From Bacteroidales bacterium (GTDB taxonomy: Bacteria > Bacteroidota > Bacteroidia > Bacteroidales > VadinHA17): 64,000 nt of DNA. The DNA lies in contig JAVEXG010000004.1 in assembly GCA_034004115.1 (NCBI GenBank), forward strand, positions 4,593-68,592. The letters run 5' to 3'. Every line of letters begins with the position of its first letter. Positions within the stretch are counted from its first letter, which is position 1. Under the pieces are notes generated by a model. That model had not been told where the DNA came from and searched no databases. It saw nothing but the letters and a program-made list of their open reading frames with translations. The translations under genes were made by a program, and so were the position numbers. Shown here piece by piece: positions 7,744 to 15,525 of this stretch.

Positions 7744-9984
7744 ATGGCAACAAGAAGGCAATTCATCAAGATCTCAGCTATCGGGACAGGAGCAGTAATG
7801 GCGGGCGCGGCAGGGTTCCGGCTGCTGGCTTCGGAACAGGGGCAAGGCGCGCTGATGGCTTCGGCAGGAGATCCACTCCGCCGTATCCCGACGTACTGCG
7901 AGGTTTGTTTCTGGAAATGCGCCGGCTGGATTTACAAGAATGAAAAAGGGGCAATAAAAAAGATCATCGGTAACGCAGAGGACCTCAATTGTAATGGCCG
8001 CCTATGCCCCCGGGGCACCGGCGGCATCGGAATGTTCTACGATGAAAACCGTTTGAGAACCCCTCTTATACGAACAGAGGAACGCGGCAAGCAGACTTTC
8101 AGGGAAGCCACATGGGAGGAAGCCTTCGACTATATAGCCGATAAAATAAAGACGATATCAGCCGAACATGGTCCCGAGTGTCTTGCCCTGTTTACCCACG
8201 GCTCGGGAGGCAAGTATTTCACCAACCTGCTCAAGGCACTTGGTTCGCCCCACATAGCAGCTCCGTCGTATGCACAATGCCGCGGACCCCGTGAAGTAGC
8301 ATTCCAGGCTACTTTCGGTGAAGCAATCGAGAGCCCCGAAAGGACGGATATACGTGATACAAAATGCCTTGTCCTTATCGGCAGCCACATTGGCGAGAAC
8401 ATGCACAACGGACAGGTTCAGGAAATGTCGGATGCCATCGACAAGGGGGCAACAATCATCACGGTCGACCCCCGCTTCTCGACTGTCGCAGGGAAATCGA
8501 AATTCTGGCTTCCCATTAAACCGGCAACCGATCTTGCCCTGCTGCTGGCCTGGATCAATGTCATAATTACAGAAGAACTATATGATAAACCTTATGTGGA
8601 GAAATACACTTACGGTTTTGAATATCTTAAGGAACACGTAAAGAACAACACCCCGGAATGGGCCTACGGAATAACTACTATCGATCCGACGGTGATCCGC
8701 GAAACCGCCCGCGAGATGGCCAACGCCTCCCCTGCAGTAATCATTCATCCCGGACGCCATGTGACATGGTACGGCGACGATACGCAGAGACTCCGTGCCG
8801 TTGCTATCCTTAACGCCCTCCTGGGTTCCTGGGGACGAAGGGGCGGATTCTTCAGTCCTGAGAGCTTCGAACTGCCCGAACCCCAGCATCCTCCGTATCC
8901 TGAGCCAAAAAGATCATGGAGAACGGAATTTCCCGATTTGTACAAGCTGGCCGACACCGTTCTGGCAAACGGCGTATGTGATGCCACCATACCTGATCCG
9001 AGCCGCCACTGCCAGTTCCAGGGATGGATAGTGAACGGAACAAATCTCATCGAGACTCTTCCGAACCAGGCAAACACTCTTCAGGCTATTCAGGCCCTTC
9101 AACTGCTTGTTGTGATCGATACCATGCCCATGGAAATAACCGGCTGGGCCGATGTGGTCCTTCCCGAATGCACCTACCTTGAGCGCTATGACGACATCAG
9201 GGTAGGTCCCCACCGGAAGCCGCAGATTGCCCTCAGGGCCCCGGCTGCAGAACCTTCATATAATACCCGCCCTGCATACTATATGGCCAGGGAACTTGCG
9301 AAACGACTTGGTGTGATCGAATATTTCCCGTTTGAAAAAATTGAAGACCAGCTCGACTGGCAGCTTAAACAGGTGGGAAGCAGTCTCGAGGAAATGATGA
9401 GGCTCGGCGTCAAGACTTTTGAAAGACAATATGGCGACCTTTACTTTCAGCCGGGACAGGATTTTGAGTTCTACACCCCCACAGGGAAGATTGAGCTTTA
9501 TGCCACAACATTTGCGGATGCAGGTTATGATCCCATGCCGAAATACACACATCATGAGGAGCCACCGCCCGGATACTACCGCCTCAACTACGGAAGAGCA
9601 CCGATGCATACATTCAGCCGTACGTCAAACAACCCGAACCTGACCGACCTGATGGAGGAGAATACACTCTGGGTTAATCCGCGCGTGGCAAAGGAATGGG
9701 CATTAACTTCGGGCCAGTACATCCACCTGATGAACCAGGACGGAAAAAAATCCGAATTCCCGATTAAGGTCAGGGTAACCGAGCGTATCAGATGGGATTC
9801 GGTCTACATGGTTCACGGATTTGGTCACGATCAGAAGAAACTGGAGCGTTGCTACGGCAAGGGAGCCAGCGACACCAATCTGATTACCAAAGTGCTTGTT
9901 GATCCGATAATGGGAGGGACAGGCATGAGAGGGAACTTTGTGACCTTTTTAACCGAAACTGCAGGAGAGGAGGTGGCATCATGA
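7744..9984 (+). CDS. Molybdopterin (bis-PGD) oxidoreductase catalytic subunit, Psr/Phs/Ttr-like, Tat-exported
   Basis: 746 aa. Tat signal MATRRQFIKISAIGTGAVMAGAAG. N-terminal Fe-S motif CEVCFWKC...CNGRLCPRG. Candidate Mo-ligand region SYAQCRGPR. The stop overlaps the next gene's start by 4 nt (ATGA). Confidence 0.9.
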   Translation: MATRRQFIKISAIGTGAVMAGAAGFRLLASEQGQGALMASAGDPLRRIPTYCEVCFWKCAGWIYKNEKGAIKKIIGNAEDLNCNGRLCPRGTGGIGMFYDENRLRTPLIRTEERGKQTFREATWEEAFDYIADKIKTISAEHGPECLALFTHGSGGKYFTNLLKALGSPHIAAPSYAQCRGPREVAFQATFGEAIESPERTDIRDTKCLVLIGSHIGENMHNGQVQEMSDAIDKGATIITVDPRFSTVAGKSKFWLPIKPATDLALLLAWINVIITEELYDKPYVEKYTYGFEYLKEHVKNNTPEWAYGITTIDPTVIRETAREMANASPAVIIHPGRHVTWYGDDTQRLRAVAILNALLGSWGRRGGFFSPESFELPEPQHPPYPEPKRSWRTEFPDLYKLADTVLANGVCDATIPDPSRHCQFQGWIVNGTNLIETLPNQANTLQAIQALQLLVVIDTMPMEITGWADVVLPECTYLERYDDIRVGPHRKPQIALRAPAAEPSYNTRPAYYMARELAKRLGVIEYFPFEKIEDQLDWQLKQVGSSLEEMMRLGVKTFERQYGDLYFQPGQDFEFYTPTGKIELYATTFADAGYDPMPKYTHHEEPPPGYYRLNYGRAPMHTFSRTSNNPNLTDLMEENTLWVNPRVAKEWALTSGQYIHLMNQDGKKSEFPIKVRVTERIRWDSVYMVHGFGHDQKKLERCYGKGASDTNLITKVLVDPIMGGTGMRGNFVTFLTETAGEEVAS

Positions 9985-10514
9985 GATACGCAATGGCTGT
10001 TGATACTAAAAAATGTGTCGGCTGCAGCGACTGTGTGGTTGCATGCCAGACCGAAAATGATGTGCCGATAGGTTATTGCCGCGACTGGGTTGTGGAAGTC
10101 ATCGACGGAACTTATCCTCAGCTCGAGGTGGAATTAAGGTCCGAGCGCTGCAATCAGTGCGATAACGCTCCCTGTGTAAGATGCTGCCCGACTGGTGCCA
10201 GTCACATTGTTGAGGGTGGCGTCGTTCTTGTGAAACCCAATAAGTGCATTGGCTGCGGAGCCTGTATCGCCTCATGCCCCTATGATGCACGCTACCCTCA
10301 TCCCAAAGGCTATGTCGACAAATGCACTTTCTGCATTCACCGGGTAAGGCAGGGAATGCTTCCCGCATGTGTGGCCGTTTGTCCGACGAAATGCATGTAT
10401 TTCGGCGATCTGGATGATCCCAACAGCGATGTGAGCAAGGTTTTGAAAAAGCGAAAGCACAAAACCCTTATCCCCGAAGCAGGCACGAAACCACAGTTGT
10501 ATTTCCTTATCTGA
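9981..10514 (+). CDS. 4Fe-4S ferredoxin-type electron-transfer subunit (PsrB/NrfC-like)
   Basis: 177 aa with four Cys clusters (CVGCSDCVVAC, CNQCDNAPCVRCCP, CIGCGACIASCP, CTFC...CVAVCP). An AGGAGG box lies 7 nt upstream of the ATG. Confidence 0.92.
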   Translation: MRYAMAVDTKKCVGCSDCVVACQTENDVPIGYCRDWVVEVIDGTYPQLEVELRSERCNQCDNAPCVRCCPTGASHIVEGGVVLVKPNKCIGCGACIASCPYDARYPHPKGYVDKCTFCIHRVRQGMLPACVAVCPTKCMYFGDLDDPNSDVSKVLKKRKHKTLIPEAGTKPQLYFLI

Positions 10515-10521
10515 GAAGACA

Positions 10522-11463
10522 ATGAACGAAGAATTGATTATCAGCGGAAGAGAAAACCTGGGGGTTGATCCGCAATTGCATATATGGCACTGGCCTATTC
10601 CATTATACCTTTTCCTTGGAGGACTGGCGGCCGGCGTGCTTTTCTTTGCCGCATTATATTACCTGCTGGGTAAGGAAAACGAGTTCCGCACTGCAGTTCG
10701 ACGCGTCCCGTTCGTGGCACCGATTGCCCTTGTTATCGGCCTTGCCGCCCTTTTTATCGACCTGAGGCACAAGGCTTACTTCTGGCAGCTTTACACAACA
10801 ATCAGGCTGGAGTCCCCGATGTCGTGGGGAGCTTGGACACTACTTGTAATTACAACCGCATCCTTTATCTGGTGCGCACTCCATATCAGGGAGTTTTTCC
10901 CAAACTGGGACTGGAAATACTCGTGGCTGAAAGATCTTGAGACCTTCTTCAATAAGCATAAGAAACCGCTTGCCTGGGTTATAATGATCTTTGCAGTCAT
11001 AACAGGCGTGTATACCGGAATTCTGTTATCCGCATTTAATGCCCGGCCGCTATGGAACACATCGGTACTTGGCCCGCTTTTCCTTGCATCCGGACTTTCG
11101 GCCGGAGCGGCAACAATAGTGCTGTCGTCGAGGAACAGCAAGGAGCGGCTGCTATTTACAAAGATCGACCTCATCATTCTCGGCGTTGAACTCTTCCTGA
11201 TCGTTCACATGTTCATGGGCTTCCTGGCAAGCACCCAGGTTCAGATCGAAGCAGCGGGACTTTTCCTCGGCGGCCCGTACACAATGGTGTTCTGGATATT
11301 TGTGGTTGTCCTGGGAATAATTATTCCGGCAGTCCTCGACCTGATGGAACTCAGGGGATTTCATATCCCGGCCGTGATACCCGGAATCCTGGTAGTGTTC
11401 GGAAGCCTGATGTTCAGATTTATTTTTGTCTTTGCCGGACAGGTAAGCCGGTGGTTATACTGA
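10522..11463 (+). CDS. NrfD/PsrC-type polysulfide-reductase membrane anchor
   Basis: 313 aa, about 8 TM. The N-terminal WHWPIPLYLFLGGLAAG motif is typical of the NrfD family. It follows the Mo and Fe-S subunits. Confidence 0.9.
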   Translation: MNEELIISGRENLGVDPQLHIWHWPIPLYLFLGGLAAGVLFFAALYYLLGKENEFRTAVRRVPFVAPIALVIGLAALFIDLRHKAYFWQLYTTIRLESPMSWGAWTLLVITTASFIWCALHIREFFPNWDWKYSWLKDLETFFNKHKKPLAWVIMIFAVITGVYTGILLSAFNARPLWNTSVLGPLFLASGLSAGAATIVLSSRNSKERLLFTKIDLIILGVELFLIVHMFMGFLASTQVQIEAAGLFLGGPYTMVFWIFVVVLGIIIPAVLDLMELRGFHIPAVIPGILVVFGSLMFRFIFVFAGQVSRWLY

Positions 11464-11485
11464 TATCAACAATAAACACAACAAT

Positions 11486-12022
11486 ATGAGCAACAATACA
11501 AAAACAGGGAAGAGCAGAAAATACCTCAACCCCTACCTGGGCGGTGTCCTGCTCGGTCTCGTGCTGCTTGCAGCCAATTTTGTCGCCGGCAGGGGACTGG
11601 GCGCCAGCGGTGCCGTAAAGAGCGTCGTGGCAACAACAATCAGGGCAGTGGACAAGGATGCGGTTAATACAAATCCCTTCATGGCCGAATATGCCGAGTC
11701 GCACAGCGGAAATCCCATGAAATCATGGCTTGTCTTTCAGATACTGGGGGTGATAGTCGGAGGCTTCCTCTCGGGTGCCGTGGCCGGCAGGCTTAAACTC
11801 AAGGTGGAGCATTCCCCGAAAATCTCATCCCGCCGCAGGCTTATCTTTGCGCTTGCCGGCGGCGTGCTGTTCGGCTTCGGATCGCAGCTGGGCCGCGGAT
11901 GCACGAGCGGATCAGCGCTCAGCGGCATGGCAGTGCTCTCAATGGGAGGCTTCATTACAATGATGGCTATCTTCGGCACCGCATACGCACTTGCATATTT
12001 CTTCAGAAGAAACTGGATTTAA
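11486..12022 (+). CDS. YeeE/YedE family sulfur-compound transport protein, half-size (first of pair)
   Basis: 178 aa membrane protein with GSQLGRGCTSGSALSG, the conserved Cys motif of the Sulf_transp family. Confidence 0.88.
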   Translation: MSNNTKTGKSRKYLNPYLGGVLLGLVLLAANFVAGRGLGASGAVKSVVATTIRAVDKDAVNTNPFMAEYAESHSGNPMKSWLVFQILGVIVGGFLSGAVAGRLKLKVEHSPKISSRRRLIFALAGGVLFGFGSQLGRGCTSGSALSGMAVLSMGGFITMMAIFGTAYALAYFFRRNWI

Positions 12023-12035
12023 AAAGGAGGATAAA

Positions 12036-12626
12036 ATGGGACCACTGGCACCAAATGAACTTATATCGGAAAATACAAATTTTCTGCTTGCATTTTTTAT
12101 AGGAATTGCTTTCGGGTGGGTGCTCGAAAGCTCGGGATTCTCCTCAAGCCGCAAGCTTGCAGGGATATTTTACGGCTACGATGCCGTTGTGCTTAAAGTG
12201 TTTTTCACAGCAGCTCTTACTGCAATGCTCGGACTCCTTTTCATGAGCCTTTTCGGCTGGATCGACCTTAGCCTGATCTATGTAAATCCGACTTACCTTT
12301 CTTCAGCAATAATCGGCGGAGTTGTGATGGGAGCCGGCTTCATAATGGGAGGCTTCTGTCCGGGAACCAGCTTCTGCGGAGCTGCAATCGGGAAAATAGA
12401 TGCGATGGTGTTCATAGCAGGACTATTCATAGGGGTTTACGGCTTTGCTTTCACCTACGGATGGTGGGAGAAACTCTATCTTGCAAACTACCTTGGAGAG
12501 CCGAAGGTCAGTGACAAACTGGGTATGTCCGACGGCCTTTTCGGACTATTTATGATACTTGCCGCAATCGGCATGTTTCTTGTGGCTGAATGGGCTGAGA
12601 AAAAGTTCCCAAGGGAAGAATATTAG
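12036..12626 (+). CDS. YeeE/YedE family sulfur-compound transport protein, half-size (second of pair)
   Basis: ORF 11991..12626. I prefer ATG 12036, which is preceded by aaggagg at 12024-12030 and does not overlap the upstream gene. The GFIMGGFCPGTSFCG motif is present. Confidence 0.86.
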   Translation: MGPLAPNELISENTNFLLAFFIGIAFGWVLESSGFSSSRKLAGIFYGYDAVVLKVFFTAALTAMLGLLFMSLFGWIDLSLIYVNPTYLSSAIIGGVVMGAGFIMGGFCPGTSFCGAAIGKIDAMVFIAGLFIGVYGFAFTYGWWEKLYLANYLGEPKVSDKLGMSDGLFGLFMILAAIGMFLVAEWAEKKFPREEY

Positions 12627-12653
12627 AAATATTGCAATAATAAATATATAATT

Positions 12654-13277
12654 ATGAAACAGTTAAAATTTCTTGCACTCATTCTTATACCTCTTGGTAT
12701 AATTATAGCAGCCGTACCTGCCGACAGGGTCAGCCAGGTGCGTCTTACACCTGAAGAACTTCTTCAGGAAGCAGGAGCAGGAGTTCAGTTTATCACTCCC
12801 GATGCAATAGCCGATATGCTGGTTCAGAAGGATCCCTCGCTGCGTCTCATCGATGTGAGGACACCTGAGGAATTTGATGCATACAGCATGCCCGGAGCTG
12901 TCAACGTTCCGCTCAGCAATCTGCTGGCTGACGAATATAAGGATATCCTGAACCAGGATGCCTATGTAAATGTGTTTTATTCAAACGGCTCTGTGTATGC
13001 CAATCAGGCATGGATGATAACCAGGCAACTGGGTTATGAAAACAATTTCGTGCTTGAAGGAGGACTGAATTACTGGTTCGGCAACATTCTCTCCCCTCAG
13101 GAACCCACACAAACCAGTCCGGATGAGGAATTCGCCAGGTACGATTTCAGGAAGAGCGCTGCTGCTGCTCTTGGCGGCGGAGGTGTTGTTTCAACTGAGG
13201 CATCCTCTCCGGCGGTGAAGGCAGTGAAACCTGTAGTTACAGCCAGGGCAAAGAAGAAACCAGCGGGCGGTTGCTGA
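12654..13277 (+). CDS. Exported/anchored rhodanese-homology protein lacking the loop Cys, with Ala/Gly/Lys-rich tail ending in GGC
   Basis: 207 aa. N-terminal hydrophobic anchor KFLALILIPLGIIIAAVPA. Rhodanese fold motifs LRLIDVRTPEEFDAYSMPGAVNVP and LEGGLNYW. The only Cys in the protein is the last residue (KKKPAGGC). Confidence 0.8.
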   Translation: MKQLKFLALILIPLGIIIAAVPADRVSQVRLTPEELLQEAGAGVQFITPDAIADMLVQKDPSLRLIDVRTPEEFDAYSMPGAVNVPLSNLLADEYKDILNQDAYVNVFYSNGSVYANQAWMITRQLGYENNFVLEGGLNYWFGNILSPQEPTQTSPDEEFARYDFRKSAAAALGGGGVVSTEASSPAVKAVKPVVTARAKKKPAGGC

Positions 13278-14681
13278 ATGTTCAACTATACAGCCACCTA
13301 CACCGATCTGTATCAGCTGACAATGGCCCAGGCCTACTTCTTCCATGGTCAGAAGGATAACATTGCAGTTTTCGACTATTTTTTCAGAAAACTGCCGTTT
13401 GAAGGCGGATATGCAATTTTTGCGGGGCTTGAAGATATTCTTGACATTCTTCAGGATTTCAGGTTTGACCGCGACGACCTTGATTTCCTCAGGGAGAAGG
13501 GATTCCGGCCTGAATTCCTCAAATTTCTCGAACATTTCAGGTTTACGGGAACCATCTGGTCTTCAAGCGAAGGAGACGTTGTTTTCCCGGTAAGGCCTGT
13601 CCTGCAGGTTGAGGCTAAAATCATTGAGGCCCAGATAGTGGAGACAATAATCCTTAACATCCTCAATTTTCAGACCCTGATTGCAACAAAAGCAAGCCGT
13701 ATGAGGCTGGCAGCAGGCGAGAACACTTTAATCGATTTTGGCCTTCGCCGGGCTCAGGGACCGGGAGGCTATTATGCAAGCAGGGCATGTTTTGTAGGCG
13801 GCTTCAATGCAACAAGCAATGTTGTGGCCGGCCGCGACTACGGGATCCCGGTGTCGGGAACCATGGCACATTCATACATTGAAAGCTTTGACGATGAACT
13901 GAAGGCATTCAGCCATTTTGCAGAAGGACAGCCGGAGGGATGCGTTCTTCTTGTCGACACTTACGATACACTTAACAGCGGCCTTCCGAATGCAATCCTT
14001 ACTGCAAAAATGATGGAAGAGAAAGGACACCGGCTGTTGGGAATCAGGCTCGACAGCGGAGACCTTGCATATCTTTCCAAGCAATGCCGTGTGATCCTCG
14101 ACAGGGCCGGCCTGAACTATGTTAAAATTGCAGCTTCAAACCAGCTCGATGAACATATAATAAAGAGCCTTCTCGAGCAACAGGCCCCCATAGATGTGTT
14201 CGGCGTGGGTACAAGCCTGGTGACAGGCGCCCCCGATGCAGCGCTTGACGGGGTTTATAAACTTGCTTTTTCGGGCGGCAAACCAAGGATCAAAATATCG
14301 GAGAATGTTAAGAAAATAACACTGCCTCACCGGAAACAGGTCTTCAGGGTGCTGGATGACGACGGCCGCTTTGCCGGTGCCGATGCAGTTACAATAAACA
14401 CCGAGCAGGATGTTGACATTATGTACCATCCCCTGTTTCCCGATAAATCGCTTGCGATAGCAGGTAAAAGGAAAGAACCCCTCCTTCATAAAATCATGGA
14501 GGGAGGACGAAGACTGTCACCACCAACTTCACTGAATGAGATTGCCCGGTACAGCACCGAACGACTGAAACTCCTGCCGGAGGAATACAAACGGTTCAAT
14601 TATCCCCATGTTTACAAGGTGGGAATCAGTGGATTACTTCGCAATGAGCGCGACAGACTTATTTCAGAAAAAGGAGGCTAG
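13278..14681 (+). CDS. pncB: Nicotinate phosphoribosyltransferase
   Basis: 467 aa. N-terminus TDLYQLTMAQAYF, then GLRRAQGPGG and SGTMAHSYI. The ATG directly abuts the upstream TGA (tgc tga atg). Confidence 0.93.
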   Translation: MFNYTATYTDLYQLTMAQAYFFHGQKDNIAVFDYFFRKLPFEGGYAIFAGLEDILDILQDFRFDRDDLDFLREKGFRPEFLKFLEHFRFTGTIWSSSEGDVVFPVRPVLQVEAKIIEAQIVETIILNILNFQTLIATKASRMRLAAGENTLIDFGLRRAQGPGGYYASRACFVGGFNATSNVVAGRDYGIPVSGTMAHSYIESFDDELKAFSHFAEGQPEGCVLLVDTYDTLNSGLPNAILTAKMMEEKGHRLLGIRLDSGDLAYLSKQCRVILDRAGLNYVKIAASNQLDEHIIKSLLEQQAPIDVFGVGTSLVTGAPDAALDGVYKLAFSGGKPRIKISENVKKITLPHRKQVFRVLDDDGRFAGADAVTINTEQDVDIMYHPLFPDKSLAIAGKRKEPLLHKIMEGGRRLSPPTSLNEIARYSTERLKLLPEEYKRFNYPHVYKVGISGLLRNERDRLISEKGG

Positions 14682-14685
14682 TTCC

Positions 14686-15291
14686 ATGAAAACGCTTGTT
14701 ATTGTTGATGTTCAGAACGATTTTGTACCGGGAGGCGCTCTTGAGGTGCCCCTTGGTGATGAGATAGTAGGAGTGATTAACAAAATCCAGGAACGTTTTG
14801 ATCTTATAGTGGCAACTCAGGACTGGCACCCTGCAAACCATGTCAGTTTTGCATCGAATCACCGCGGTAAACAACCCTTCGATAAGATCGACCTATATGA
14901 TGAAGAGCAGGTCCTCTGGCCCGACCATTGTGTTCAGGGAACTCCGGGCGCCATGCTTCACCCTGATCTTGATACAATCAGGTTTTCGGCAATCTTCAGA
15001 AAAGGAATGAACCCTGAGGTCGATAGCTACAGCGGCTTCTATGATAACAGGCGGATGGTAAGCACCGGCCTGTCAGGCTACCTGAAGGAAAAAGGAGCAA
15101 ATGACCTTTATTTCTGCGGACTGGCAGCAGATATCTGCGTCCACTACACCATGCTCGATGCATTGCATGAAGGTTTCTCTGCAACCCTCATCGAAGACGC
15201 TTCCCGCCCTCTTGATATCAGCTCGTTCGGAAACCTGAAGAGGCAGATTATGGAGAAGGGTGTAATGATCATCAACAGCTGGGAACTTTAG
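14686..15291 (+). CDS. pncA: Nicotinamidase/pyrazinamidase (isochorismatase family)
   Basis: ORF 14608..15291. I prefer ATG 14686, preceded by aaggagg at 14671-14677. Motifs MKTLVIVDVQNDFVPGGAL, TQDWHP and FCGLAADICV (catalytic Cys) are present. Confidence 0.92.
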   Translation: MKTLVIVDVQNDFVPGGALEVPLGDEIVGVINKIQERFDLIVATQDWHPANHVSFASNHRGKQPFDKIDLYDEEQVLWPDHCVQGTPGAMLHPDLDTIRFSAIFRKGMNPEVDSYSGFYDNRRMVSTGLSGYLKEKGANDLYFCGLAADICVHYTMLDALHEGFSATLIEDASRPLDISSFGNLKRQIMEKGVMIINSWEL

Positions 15292-15512
15292 TCCCGGTTA
15301 AGGAATGTGGGGCTAAAGCCCCGGGCGCGGTGGGGTGCCTATACCGTTGGCTTCAGCCAACGGTAACTTTTAAGAATCAGCAGGGGTATTTTTGATTGAT
15401 CAGACAGAAATTAGCTCTAATGGTAAATCTTCCATAGGAAGATTTTTTGTTACCGTCAGCTGAAGCTGACGGATAAGGGCACCCCTCCTCTCTGGTTAGG
15501 GACTTTAGTCCC
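15281..15512. repeat. MITE-like composite hairpin element (GCTTCAGC / GGGACTTTAGTCCC repeat family)
   Basis: A left arm ggggtgcctataccgttggcttcagccaacggtaac (15332-15367) and a right arm gttaccgtcagctgaagctgacggataagggcacccc (15449-15485) form a ~36-bp imperfect inverted repeat. They flank a core with a perfect hairpin aaatcttcc-ata-ggaagattt (15425-15445). The whole unit is flanked by gggaactttagtcccggt (15281-, overlapping the pncA stop) and gggactttagtcccggt (15499-). Confidence 0.75.
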
Positions 15513-15525
15513 GGTATAAGTCTTT

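Noticed and set aside
7744-9984. In-frame TGA (selenocysteine) or frameshift in the molybdopterin subunit.
   Set aside because: The ORF is uninterrupted for 746 codons, and the candidate Mo-ligand position carries an ordinary Cys codon context (YAQCRGP).
11991-14685. Longer N-terminal extensions offered by the ORF track for the second YeeE/YedE gene (11991) and pncA (14608), and for 1883, 32647 and 44632.
   Set aside because: The extensions overlap the preceding gene or add non-homologous residues before obvious signal peptides or family N-termini. Downstream ATGs have SD boxes (12036, 14686) or give canonical N-termini.
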